Source: Longimicrobiales bacterium (GTDB lineage Bacteria > Gemmatimonadota > Gemmatimonadetes > Longimicrobiales > Gaopeijiaceae). From it: DNA of 64,000 nt. The DNA lies in assembly GCA_965249725.1 (NCBI GenBank), contig CBDFMQ010000002.1:416001-480000 (forward strand). Direction: 5' to 3'. The notes beneath the pieces are model-generated. The model had not been told where the DNA came from. It made no database searches and saw nothing but the letters and a program-made list of their open reading frames with translations. The position numbers and the translations under genes were made by a program. Shown piece by piece: positions 10,229-19,931 of this stretch. Within the stretch, counting starts at the first letter, position 1; every line of letters begins with the position of its first letter.

Positions 10229-10801
10229 TTGAGCGATATGGACACCATCTCGCTGCTGCGCATGGCAGCGACCGGCGACTTACATGCTCGGGATCAGGCG
10301 TGGGCCCGTGTATATGACGAAGTACTGGTCGTCGCTCGCGCCCAAAGACGCCGCTGGAGTGGCGACTGGACCATGGAGACCCGGGTCCTCGCCAACGAGG
10401 TCTTCATCAAGGTCTTTGGTGACAATCCCCCGGAACTGAAGGACCGAAAGCACTTCTTCACGTTGTTGGCGAAGGCCGTCCGGCAGATTCTGGTCAACTA
10501 CTCGGAGGCACGCCGCGCCGCGAAGAGGGGAGGAGGACAGGCTCAAGTCACACTGTCGGAGGCGGGCGGCCTGTCGCTCGAGCCCGAGGTGTCGGATCGG
10601 ATCCTGGACCTGCACTCCGCGCTCAAGCGCTTCGAGTCGTTGGACGCGCGAGCTGCACGCATCGTGGAGCTTCGTTTCTTCGCTGGGCTGAACTACGACG
10701 AGATCGCGTCCGCATTGGGAGTATCACGCGCCACCGCGGTGCGTGACTGGGAAGCGGCCAAGCTCTGGCTCCATCGTGAGATGGGCGGGGCACCGGCATG
10801 A
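10229..10801 (+). CDS. ECF sigma factor of the Ser/Thr-kinase-associated type (TIGR02999-like)
   Basis: HFFTLLAKAVRQILVNY..AKRGGG; VELRFFAGL..EIA..LGVSRATAVRDW; TTG start at 10229 (SD GAGGGG) or ATG at 10238. Confidence 0.9.
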   Translation: MSDMDTISLLRMAATGDLHARDQAWARVYDEVLVVARAQRRRWSGDWTMETRVLANEVFIKVFGDNPPELKDRKHFFTLLAKAVRQILVNYSEARRAAKRGGGQAQVTLSEAGGLSLEPEVSDRILDLHSALKRFESLDARAARIVELRFFAGLNYDEIASALGVSRATAVRDWEAAKLWLHREMGGAPA

Positions 10802-11907
10802 CCTCCGACGAGGCGGCGTTGTGGCAGCGCGCCAGGGCCGTGCTTGAACTGACCCTCTCCCAGCCCGAAGATACGCGCCGTCGCTTCGTTCTCGAGACAT
10901 GCGACCAGGACCCGGAGCTGGTAACGGAGGTGCTATCGCTCCTCGAGTCCGAAGGTGGCTCGGAGACCTTCTTCGACCAGCTCGGTAGCGCCATCGACGA
11001 CGGCCTGGCCGGGGCAGAGGAGCCGGATCCTTGGTTGGGTCGATCTGTGGGCCCTTATCGGATTGTGGAGCTTCTCGGGCGAGGCGGGATGGGATCGGTA
11101 TACAAGGCCGAGCGGGAGGGAAGCTCGGGGGAGCCTCCTGTCGCGATCAAGATTCTCAGAAGCGAGTCGGAGCATCCAACCTCTCGCGAACGGTTCCTGC
11201 GTGAACGCGACAGACTTGCCGGACTCGACCATCCTTATATAGCCCGCATTCTGGATACCGGTGAGGGCGAATCAGGCGTCCCGTTCTACTGCATGGACCT
11301 CGTTGAAGGTGAGCGGATCGACCACTACGCGGATCGGCATCGCTTGAGCGTAGCACCGCGCATAAGGCTGATCCTCAAGGTGTGCGACGCCGTAGTCCAC
11401 GCCCACGCACGGCAAGTCATCCACCGAGATCTCAAGCCCTCGAACATTCTTGTTCGATCAACGGGCGAGCCGAGCCTGGTGGACTTCGGCATCGCCAAGC
11501 TCTTGGATCCCGTGACACAAGGTGACCCCACACTATCGTTGCAGGCGGCGGCCTACACTCCGGGTTATGCGAGTCCGGAGCACGTGGTAGGTGACTCCGT
11601 TTCTGCAGCCAGCGATGTCTATTCGCTGGGTGTGCTCCTCTACGTGGTCCTGGCGGGGGCGGAGCCTTCACTCAAGCGCAGTCTGGACCGGCAGTCACCC
11701 GCGGAGGTGCTACAGCTGAAGGGGGAAAAGGCGACGGCCCTGGCGGCGGCTCGTGCCGCGACCGTGGACGATTTGCTCGACACGTTCGAAGGAAGGCTCG
11801 GCGATGTGCTCTTGAAGGCTTGTCAGATGCGCCCCGAGCGGCGGTATCAGACGGTCGGTGAGTTGGTGCAGGCGCTGGAGAGCTACCTGGATTCCGTGAA
11901 AGACTAG
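10798..11907 (+). CDS. Hanks-type Ser/Thr kinase, cognate to the ECF; no TM helix or sensor domain
   Basis: GRGGMG, VAIK, HRDLKPSN, DFG, YASPE, DVYSLG; ATGA overlap with the sigma gene; ORF ends right after the kinase domain. Confidence 0.92.
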   Translation: MTSDEAALWQRARAVLELTLSQPEDTRRRFVLETCDQDPELVTEVLSLLESEGGSETFFDQLGSAIDDGLAGAEEPDPWLGRSVGPYRIVELLGRGGMGSVYKAEREGSSGEPPVAIKILRSESEHPTSRERFLRERDRLAGLDHPYIARILDTGEGESGVPFYCMDLVEGERIDHYADRHRLSVAPRIRLILKVCDAVVHAHARQVIHRDLKPSNILVRSTGEPSLVDFGIAKLLDPVTQGDPTLSLQAAAYTPGYASPEHVVGDSVSAASDVYSLGVLLYVVLAGAEPSLKRSLDRQSPAEVLQLKGEKATALAAARAATVDDLLDTFEGRLGDVLLKACQMRPERRYQTVGELVQALESYLDSVKD

Positions 11908-11942
11908 TGGCAGCCCGCACACATTAGGCGCATGTTAAGGCG

Positions 11943-14366
11943 ATGTCTGATCCCGTTACCCGCCTGAACGCAGCCCTAGAAGGCCGCTACGCCATCGAGC
12001 GTGAGCTGGGCGAAGGCGGGATGGCTACGGTGTACCTGGCCAAGGACCTAAAGCACAACCGCAACGTCGCGCTCAAGGTGCTTAAGCCAGAGCTCGCGGC
12101 GGTAGTCGGCGCCAAGCGGTTTCTCGCCGAGATCGAGACCACCGCGAACCTCCAGCACCCCCACATCCTGCCGCTCTTCGATTCCGGCGAGGCAGATTCG
12201 TTCCTCTTCTATGCCATGCCGTACGTGGAGGGAGAGACCCTGCGGGAAAAGCTGGACCGCGAGCATCAGCTCTCCGTGGACGAGGCGGTCAGGCTCACGA
12301 CGAATATCGCTGAAGCCCTGGAGACCGCTCACGAACAAGGCGTCGTCCACAGGGACATCAAACCCGCCAACATCCTACTAAGCCGGGGTAGCCCCCTCGT
12401 CGCGGACTTCGGGATCGCCCTGGCGGTCAGTTCGTCGGGTGGCGATCGCCTGACCGAGACCGGCTTGTCCATGGGCACGCCCTACTACATGAGCCCCGAG
12501 CAGGCCGCTGGGGAGAGCCATGTCGACGCGCGCAGCGATATCTACTCGCTGGCGGCGATGCTCTACGAGATGCTGGCGGGTGAGCCGCCCTATACGGGCC
12601 GGACCGCACAGGTCATCCTGACCAAACGAATCACGCAACCGGTCCCGTCGGTGCGAGACATCAGGGATAAGGTGCCCGCGAGCATCGACGGGACGCTCAA
12701 GCAGGCCCTTTCCCCGGTACCTGCCGATCGGTTCTCTACGACCGGCGAGTTCATCTCCTCGCTGACGACGTTGGTGGTGAGCGAAGCGAAGAAACCACTT
12801 CCCTGGAAGCCGTGGGCGGCAGCGGGTGTCGCGGCGACCGTGGTGAGCGCCATCGGGATCGGACTCGCGCTCACCCGCTCCGGCGGTGTGGGTCCCGCAG
12901 GGGTAGATGGCCGCGTGGGGGAGGACGGCCAGTCAACCGCGGAAGGCACGGCAACGGTCGCCAGCCAGGCCGGTGCCCCCGTAGAGATCATCGATCCGAA
13001 CTCTATAGTCGTGCTGCCGTTTCTGGACCTGTCGGGCCAGGATCAAGAGTTCATGTCGGACGGCATTGCCGCAGAGCTACTCACCCTGCTCGCCCGGATC
13101 CCGGGCTTGAAAGTTCCCTCACGGACCAGCGCGTTTTCTTTCAAGGATAAGGATCTGACCATTCCGGAGATCGCCGCGCAGCTCGGCGTCGCCCACGTGC
13201 TGGAGGGCACGGTGCGGATGGCGGGCGACGTCGTTCACATTACTGCGACGTTGATCGATCCACGGTCCGACGAGCAGCTCTTCTCCGAGGACTACGACCG
13301 CCCGCTCGACGACATCTTCACGGTTCAGGACGAGATCGCGGCCAGGGTCGCGTCCGAGCTCAGGATTGAGTTGCTCGGTGAGCTACCGCGGCAGCGCGAG
13401 ACCGACCCTGAGGCGTACAGGCTGTTCCTGCAGGCGAGCCATATCGCCGACTTGGGGTTGGTGGAGAGCCTCGAGACAGCCATCCCAATGTTCGAACGTG
13501 TGCTCGAGATCGACCCTAATTACGCTCCGGCCTACGTTGAGCTCTCCGCTGCGTACCGTGATCGGGGCTACAATGGCCCACGGTCCTATGAGGAGGGTCT
13601 CCAGATGGCTGTCAGCGCGGCGGAGCGTGCCGTCTCTTTGGACCCCGACTTTGCCTACGCTCATGCGATCCTCGGATCGACCATGGCTATGGGTGGCGAC
13701 TGGGAAGGCTTGAGACACGTCGAGCGGGCACTCGAGCTGGCGCCCACTGACACGGAGGTCCTCATGTTAGTGGGAATCAACCTCTGGGCTCTGGATCGTA
13801 TGGAAGAAGCCATCTTGGCGTTTGAATACGTTACAGAGCTCGACCCCCTGTATGGGAATAATTTTTACAACCTCGGCAACGCCTACATGTTGGCGGGTCG
13901 TCATGAGGACGCGGCGGCGACGCTCCGCACGCTATTGGAGCTGAATCCGTCGGAGCCCGATGCGCCTGGCGACCTTGGCCTGGCGTTGCTAGGGATGGGT
14001 GAGCTTGACGAGGCCCTGGCAATCGCTGAGTCGGCGACGGACGCTATACGCCGCCTTCATCTCTCGGCGCTGGCCTATCATGCACTTGGGCGACAATCCG
14101 AGTTTGAGACTGCGTTTCAAGAACTGCGAGGGGGATGGGGCGAATCGTTCCCGACCGTCATCGCAAGCGTGTATGCCTACACGGGAGATGTAGACGCTGC
14201 CTTCGAAATCATCGACCAGGTGGAATCTCTGGACCCCACTACCATCTTCGATCCGCTTTTCGCCAATCTTCATGACGATCCGCGCTGGACGGCGTTCCGT
14301 GAAAGAACAGGCCAGTCCGAGGAAGAGCTCGCGGCGATTCAGTTCGAGGTCAGTCTGCCGGGGTAA
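11943..14366 (+). CDS. Receptor Ser/Thr kinase: kinase, TM helix, TolB-N-like domain, TPR repeats
   Basis: Intact kinase motifs; hydrophobic segment WAAAGVAATVVSAIGIGLAL; SIVVLPF..DGIA..SRTSAFSFK; TPR-like repeats. Confidence 0.9.
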   Translation: MSDPVTRLNAALEGRYAIERELGEGGMATVYLAKDLKHNRNVALKVLKPELAAVVGAKRFLAEIETTANLQHPHILPLFDSGEADSFLFYAMPYVEGETLREKLDREHQLSVDEAVRLTTNIAEALETAHEQGVVHRDIKPANILLSRGSPLVADFGIALAVSSSGGDRLTETGLSMGTPYYMSPEQAAGESHVDARSDIYSLAAMLYEMLAGEPPYTGRTAQVILTKRITQPVPSVRDIRDKVPASIDGTLKQALSPVPADRFSTTGEFISSLTTLVVSEAKKPLPWKPWAAAGVAATVVSAIGIGLALTRSGGVGPAGVDGRVGEDGQSTAEGTATVASQAGAPVEIIDPNSIVVLPFLDLSGQDQEFMSDGIAAELLTLLARIPGLKVPSRTSAFSFKDKDLTIPEIAAQLGVAHVLEGTVRMAGDVVHITATLIDPRSDEQLFSEDYDRPLDDIFTVQDEIAARVASELRIELLGELPRQRETDPEAYRLFLQASHIADLGLVESLETAIPMFERVLEIDPNYAPAYVELSAAYRDRGYNGPRSYEEGLQMAVSAAERAVSLDPDFAYAHAILGSTMAMGGDWEGLRHVERALELAPTDTEVLMLVGINLWALDRMEEAILAFEYVTELDPLYGNNFYNLGNAYMLAGRHEDAAATLRTLLELNPSEPDAPGDLGLALLGMGELDEALAIAESATDAIRRLHLSALAYHALGRQSEFETAFQELRGGWGESFPTVIASVYAYTGDVDAAFEIIDQVESLDPTTIFDPLFANLHDDPRWTAFRERTGQSEEELAAIQFEVSLPG

Positions 14367-17149
14367 TGTCAGATCCCGTCGCCCGCCTAAACGCAGCCCT
14401 CCAAGGCCGCTACGCCATCGAGCGCGAGCTGGGTGAGGGCGGCATGGCCACCGTCTATCTGGCCGACGACATCAAGCACGAGCGCAAGGTCGCCCTCAAG
14501 GTCCTGAAGCCCGAACTAGCAGCCGTAGTCGGTGCCGAACGCTTCCTCGCCGAGATCAAGACCACCGCAAACCTGCAGCACCCCAATATCCTGCCGCTAT
14601 TCGATTCCGGCGAGGCGGACTCGTACGTCTTCTACGTGATGCCCTACGTGGAAGGGGAGAGCCTTCGGGACAAGCTCGACCGCGAGCACCAGCTCCCCGT
14701 GGACGAGGCGGTCCGGATCGCGAGCGAGGTCGCCGAGGCCCTCCAGGCCGCGCACGAGCAGGGCGTCGTCCACCGCGACATCAAGCCTGCCAACATCCTA
14801 CTCAGCCGGGGTCGCCCGCTCCTAGCAGACTTCGGGATCGCGCTTGCCGTGAGCTCGGCAGGGGGCACCCGCCTCACCGAGACGGGGCTCAGCGTCGGCA
14901 CACCACACTACATGAGCCCCGAGCAGGCGGTGGGCGACCGGACCACGGGACCGTCCACGGACATCTATGCCCTGGGCTGCGTGCTCTACGAGACGCTGGT
15001 CGGAGAGGCTCCGTACACCGGCACCACGGCGCAGGCGATTTTGGGCCGGATCATCACCGGTGAGCCGGTATCGGCCACGAAGCACCGGCCGTCAGTGCCG
15101 GCCAACGTGGACGCGGCAGTCAGGAAGGCGCTGGAGAAGCTGCCGGCAGATCGCTTCGGCAGTGCCCAGGGCTTGGTGCAGGCTTTGGCCGACCCCGGCT
15201 TCCGGCACACGGTGGTGGGTGGGGACGAGCCTGCCGAGGTGGAGCCACGCCCACTCTCGCGTAGGGCCCTCCCTTGGGGGCTCACGGCGGTACTCGCGGT
15301 CACGCTGGTGGTCCTCACCTCGAGACCACCGGTGCAACCAGCGCCCGAAGTCGTGCGTTTCACCGTACCGATTGCGCAGGGTGACACGACCTACCTGGGT
15401 GGCCCATTCACCTGGAACTGGGGGGTGCCCGTTAGCACGTCCGTCGCGATGTCGCCGGCCGGGGACCTACTGGTCTATGCGGCGCGGGGCGGACCAGATG
15501 CCCCGCTGACGGACGGACGGCTTTATTCGCGCCGATTCGATCAGGACGTCGCCGAGCCGATCGCGGGAACGGAGGGGGCCCAAAGTCCGTTCTTTTCGCC
15601 GGACGGTGCCTGGATCGGCTTTTTCGTCGAGGCGTCGCTGAAACGAGTCTCCATGGTTGACGGTACGCTCGAGACGATCGTAGCGGAGGCTCCACTCGGG
15701 GAAGGCAACCCGTCTGGTGACCCTGGCAGCGGACCTTCCTTAGGCGCGACCTGGGGAGACGACGGAACGATCGTGTTCAGCGGCGCGGGTCTTCTGTACC
15801 GGGTCGCGGCCACTGGGGGAGAACCCGAGTTGTTCGCCGAGGGGCTCCTGCCCGGCGCCGGGGATTCTGTATTCTATCGCCGCCCCGAGATCCTACCGGG
15901 AAGCCAGGCAATCCTGCTGCAAGCCATCCCATCCCAATCCCGCGATCCCGAAGACGCCGAGATCGTTGCGCTGGACCTCGCCGGGGGCACGCGGAGGACC
16001 GTGCTGACCGACGCCATGGACCCGCGCTACGTGCAGACGGGACATCTGCTATTCGTGCGCCAGGGGACACTCATGGCGGTCCGGTTCGATCCGAACCGTC
16101 TCGAGGTGCAGGGCCAGCCCGTGATCATGATCGAGGATGTCATGCACGCGGTGCTCATGCCCAATGGCCAGTCTGAGACCCACGCCGCTCAGGTAGCCGT
16201 ATCGGGGTCCGGTCACCTGGCCTATGCCCGCGGCGGTATTTTTCCAGAGGAGCGCAATCGTGTGGTGCGCATCACGAGTGCGGGCGACACGGTTCCCCTC
16301 GAGACGGACGGTCGTGACTATCTGAGCCTTATGGTGTCCCCCGACGGAAGCCGGCTCGCCTTCATGGCCTTCGAAGGATCAGGCTTACGGCTCGGCGTCC
16401 ACGACCTAGGTCGTGGTGTGACCCAACTCCTGAACGGTCTCTCCGACGAGCACCCCATTTGGAGCCCTGATGGCCAATCGCTGGCAGTTTATTCAAACGA
16501 TGACGGGCACATGTATCGCCGCGCGGCGGACGGCAGCGGCGAGCCGGAGCGGTTGGCGCCCTCGGACAGAAGTCAGTACCCGTCTTCGTGGTCCTCCCAA
16601 GGGGTCATCGCGTTTCTGAGCGAAGAATCGCCGGAGTCTGGTGAATCGGATATCTGGCTGCTGCCGCCGGGCGAGGAGCCTGCGCCCTTTTTCACATCAG
16701 GGTCGGTGGAGTGGGGACCGACTTTTTCCCCGGACGGCCGGTGGCTCGCGTATTCGTCTGACGAAAGCGGGCGGCGGGAGGTTTACGTACGACCGTACCC
16801 GGGGCCGGAACCTGCAACGCAGATCTCCGGCGATGGCGGATTGAACGCGGCGTGGTCGCCCGATGGTCGGCAGATCTACTACGTACAAGATATGGAGGGG
16901 CCCCGACCCTGGGTCCTGATGTCTGTAGATGTGACCCCTGGCGATGAGCTTCAGGCGGGTCGCCCGGTGCCGCTCATCGATTCCTGGATCTTCGGAATGC
17001 AAGGAGTGCGAGGCTATGACGTCTTCCCTGACGGCTCGTTTGCCACGTACACGGCGGACATTCGCCCTTATCTAGAGCAGCACGGGGTTACCGAGCTGCA
17101 CGTCGTGCTCAACTGGTTCGAGGAGTTGAAGGAGCGGGTGGGGAATTGA
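14366..17149 (+). CDS. Receptor Ser/Thr kinase: kinase, TM helix, PD40/TolB-like beta-propeller
   Basis: GEGGMATV, HRDIKPAN, DFG, GTPHYMSPE; TM LPWGLTAVLAVTLVVL; repeated (F/W)SPDG; TAATG overlap with the previous gene. Confidence 0.92.
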   Translation: MSDPVARLNAALQGRYAIERELGEGGMATVYLADDIKHERKVALKVLKPELAAVVGAERFLAEIKTTANLQHPNILPLFDSGEADSYVFYVMPYVEGESLRDKLDREHQLPVDEAVRIASEVAEALQAAHEQGVVHRDIKPANILLSRGRPLLADFGIALAVSSAGGTRLTETGLSVGTPHYMSPEQAVGDRTTGPSTDIYALGCVLYETLVGEAPYTGTTAQAILGRIITGEPVSATKHRPSVPANVDAAVRKALEKLPADRFGSAQGLVQALADPGFRHTVVGGDEPAEVEPRPLSRRALPWGLTAVLAVTLVVLTSRPPVQPAPEVVRFTVPIAQGDTTYLGGPFTWNWGVPVSTSVAMSPAGDLLVYAARGGPDAPLTDGRLYSRRFDQDVAEPIAGTEGAQSPFFSPDGAWIGFFVEASLKRVSMVDGTLETIVAEAPLGEGNPSGDPGSGPSLGATWGDDGTIVFSGAGLLYRVAATGGEPELFAEGLLPGAGDSVFYRRPEILPGSQAILLQAIPSQSRDPEDAEIVALDLAGGTRRTVLTDAMDPRYVQTGHLLFVRQGTLMAVRFDPNRLEVQGQPVIMIEDVMHAVLMPNGQSETHAAQVAVSGSGHLAYARGGIFPEERNRVVRITSAGDTVPLETDGRDYLSLMVSPDGSRLAFMAFEGSGLRLGVHDLGRGVTQLLNGLSDEHPIWSPDGQSLAVYSNDDGHMYRRAADGSGEPERLAPSDRSQYPSSWSSQGVIAFLSEESPESGESDIWLLPPGEEPAPFFTSGSVEWGPTFSPDGRWLAYSSDESGRREVYVRPYPGPEPATQISGDGGLNAAWSPDGRQIYYVQDMEGPRPWVLMSVDVTPGDELQAGRPVPLIDSWIFGMQGVRGYDVFPDGSFATYTADIRPYLEQHGVTELHVVLNWFEELKERVGN

Positions 17150-19923
17150 TGACAGATCCCGTCAGCCGCCTAAACGCAGCCCTAGAAGGCCGCTACGCCA
17201 TCGAGCGCGAGCTGGGCGAGGGCGGCATGGCCACCGTCTACCTGGCCGATGACCTCAAGCACGAACGTAAGGTCGCCCTCAAGGTCCTGAAGCCCGAGCT
17301 GGCCGCCGTGGTTGGAGCCAGGCGCTTCCTCGGCGAGATCAAGACCACCGCCAACCTGCAGCATCCGAACATCCTGCCGCTCTTCGATTCCGGGGAAGCC
17401 GACTCGTACGTCTTCTACGTGATGCCCTACGTGGAGGGAGAGAGCCTGCGGGACAAGCTCGACCGTGACCACCAGCTCCCCGTGGACGAAGCGGTCCGGA
17501 TCGCGAGCGAAGTCGCCGAGGCCCTCCAGGCTGCCCACGAGCAGGGCGTCGTCCACCGTGACATCAAGCCCGCCAACATCCTGCTCAGCCGGGGCCGCCC
17601 GCTCGTCGCCGACTTCGGGATCGCGCTGGCCGTGAGCTCGGCGGGGGGCACCCGCATTACCGAGACGGGACTGAGCGTCGGCACGCCCCACTACATGAGC
17701 CCAGAGCAGGCCGTGGGCGACCCGACCACGGGACCCTCCACGGATATCTACGCCCTGGGCTGCGTGCTCTACGAGACGCTGGTCGGAGAGGCTCCGTACA
17801 CGGGTACCACCGCACAAGCGATTCTGGGCCGGATCATCACGGGTGAGCCGGTATCGGCTACCAAGCACCGGCCGTCGGTGCCGGCCAACGTGGACGCGGC
17901 AGTCAGGAAGGCTCTGGAAAAACTGCCGGCAGATCGCTTCGGCAGCGCCCAAGGCTTGGCGCAGGCTCTGGCCGACCCCGGCTTCCGGCACACGGTGGTG
18001 GGTGGGGACGAGCCTGCCGAGGTGGAGCCACGCCCACTCTGGCGTAGGGCCCTCCCTTGGGGGCTCACGGCGGGACTCGCGGTCACGCTGGTGGTCCTCA
18101 CATCGAGACCACCGGTGCAACCAGCGCCCGAAGTCGTGCGTTTCACCGTACCGATTGCGCAGGGTGACACGACTTACCTGGGTGGCCCATTCGCCTCGGC
18201 CTGGGGGGTGCCCGTTAGCACATCGGTAGCAATTTCGCCGGCCGGGGACCTACTGGTCTATGCGGCGCGGGGTGGACCCGACGCCCCGGAGACGGACGGA
18301 CGGCTTTATTCGCGCCGATTCGATCAGGACGTCGCCGAAGTGATCGCAGGAACGGAAGGGGCCCAAAGTCCGTTCTTTTCGCCGGACGGTGCCTGGATCG
18401 GCTTTTTCGTCGGGACCTCGTTGAAACGAGTCTCCATGGTTGACGGTACGCTCGAGACGATCGTAGCGGAGGCTCCACTCGGGGAGCTCGAAACTGGTAG
18501 TGGACCTCCCTTGGGGGCGACCTGGGGAGACGACGGAACGATCGTGTTCAGCGGCGCGGGGACTCTGTACAGGGTCGCGGCCACTGGTGGCGAACCCGAA
18601 TTGCTCGCCGAGGAGCTCCTGCCCGGCGCCGGGGATTCTGTATTCTATCGCCGCCCCGAGATCCTACCGGGAAGCCAGGCAATCCTGCTGCAAGCCAACT
18701 CATCCCAATCCCTCGATCCCGAAGACGCCGAGATCGTTGCGCTGGACCTCGCCGGGGGCGCACGGAAAACGGTGCTGACCAACGCCATGGACCCGCGCTA
18801 CGTGCTGACGGGACATCTACTATTCGTGCGCCAGGGCACACTCATGGCTGTCCGGTTCGACCCGGACCGTCTCGAGGTGCAGGGCCAACCGGTGATCATG
18901 GTCGAGGATGTCATGCACGCGGTGTTCATGCTTAACACCCGTAGCGAGACTCAAGCCGCTCAGGTCGCCGTGTCGTCGTCCGGTCACCTGGTCTATGCCC
19001 GCGGCGGTACCTTTCCGGCGGCGCGTACTAGTGTGGTGCGCATCACGAGTGCGGGCGACACCGTTCCCCTCGAGATGGACGTTCGTCACTATATCAACCT
19101 TAAGGTGTCCCCCGACGGAAGCCGGCTGGCCTTCATGGCCAGGGAAGGATCAGCCTTCCCGCTCGGTGTCCACGACCTAAGCCGAGGCGTGACCCAACTC
19201 CTGAACGGTGTCTCCGACATAAATCCGATTTGGAGCCCTGATGGCCAATCGCTGGCAGTTGTTTCAATCGATGACTACAACATGTATCGCCGCGTAGCGG
19301 ACGGCAGCGGCGAGCCGGAGCGGTTGGCGCCCTCGGACAGAAGTCAGTACCCGTCTTCGTGGTCCTCCCAAGGGGTCATCGCATATGTGAGCGAAGAATC
19401 GCCGGAGTCTAGAGAACACGATATCTGGCTGTTGCCGCCGGGCGGTGAAGCTGCGCCTTTCTTCACATCAGGGTCTGAGGTTATGGGCCCGACGTTTTCC
19501 CCGGACGGCCGGTGGCTCGCGTATGAGTCTGACGAAAGCGGGCGGTTCGAGGTTTACGTACGACCGTACCCGGGTCCGGAACCTGCAACGCAGATCTCCG
19601 GCGGCGGCGGAACGAACGCGGCATGGTCACCCGATGGTCGGCAGATTTACTACGTACAATGGCCTGAGGACTCGCCCCCACCGGGGGTCCTGATGTCTGT
19701 AGATGTGACCCCCGGGGATGAGTTTCAGGCGGGTCGCCCGGTGCCGTTCATCGATTCCTGGGTCGTCGCAACGAGTCCAGTGCGAGGCTATGACGTCTTC
19801 CCCGATGGCTCGTTTGCCACGCTCGTGGTGGACGATCGTCCCTATCTCGAGCAGAACGGGGTTACCGAGGTGCATGTCGTCCTCAACTGGTTCGAGGAGT
19901 TGAAGGAGCGGGTGGGGAACTAG
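17149..19923 (+). CDS. Receptor Ser/Thr kinase with beta-propeller; tandem paralog of 14366-17149
   Basis: Colinear with the previous ORF over its full length; TGATG overlap places the ATG at 17149. Confidence 0.92.
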   Translation: MTDPVSRLNAALEGRYAIERELGEGGMATVYLADDLKHERKVALKVLKPELAAVVGARRFLGEIKTTANLQHPNILPLFDSGEADSYVFYVMPYVEGESLRDKLDRDHQLPVDEAVRIASEVAEALQAAHEQGVVHRDIKPANILLSRGRPLVADFGIALAVSSAGGTRITETGLSVGTPHYMSPEQAVGDPTTGPSTDIYALGCVLYETLVGEAPYTGTTAQAILGRIITGEPVSATKHRPSVPANVDAAVRKALEKLPADRFGSAQGLAQALADPGFRHTVVGGDEPAEVEPRPLWRRALPWGLTAGLAVTLVVLTSRPPVQPAPEVVRFTVPIAQGDTTYLGGPFASAWGVPVSTSVAISPAGDLLVYAARGGPDAPETDGRLYSRRFDQDVAEVIAGTEGAQSPFFSPDGAWIGFFVGTSLKRVSMVDGTLETIVAEAPLGELETGSGPPLGATWGDDGTIVFSGAGTLYRVAATGGEPELLAEELLPGAGDSVFYRRPEILPGSQAILLQANSSQSLDPEDAEIVALDLAGGARKTVLTNAMDPRYVLTGHLLFVRQGTLMAVRFDPDRLEVQGQPVIMVEDVMHAVFMLNTRSETQAAQVAVSSSGHLVYARGGTFPAARTSVVRITSAGDTVPLEMDVRHYINLKVSPDGSRLAFMAREGSAFPLGVHDLSRGVTQLLNGVSDINPIWSPDGQSLAVVSIDDYNMYRRVADGSGEPERLAPSDRSQYPSSWSSQGVIAYVSEESPESREHDIWLLPPGGEAAPFFTSGSEVMGPTFSPDGRWLAYESDESGRFEVYVRPYPGPEPATQISGGGGTNAAWSPDGRQIYYVQWPEDSPPPGVLMSVDVTPGDEFQAGRPVPFIDSWVVATSPVRGYDVFPDGSFATLVVDDRPYLEQNGVTEVHVVLNWFEELKERVGN

Positions 19924-19931
19924 GCAGACCC

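Noticed and set aside
14366..19923. Diversity-generating retroelement as the source of paralog variation
   Set aside because: No reverse transcriptase or template repeat in the window. The differences include indels, are spread over about 1.7 kb and do not fit an AAY-codon pattern. A remote DGR cannot be fully excluded.
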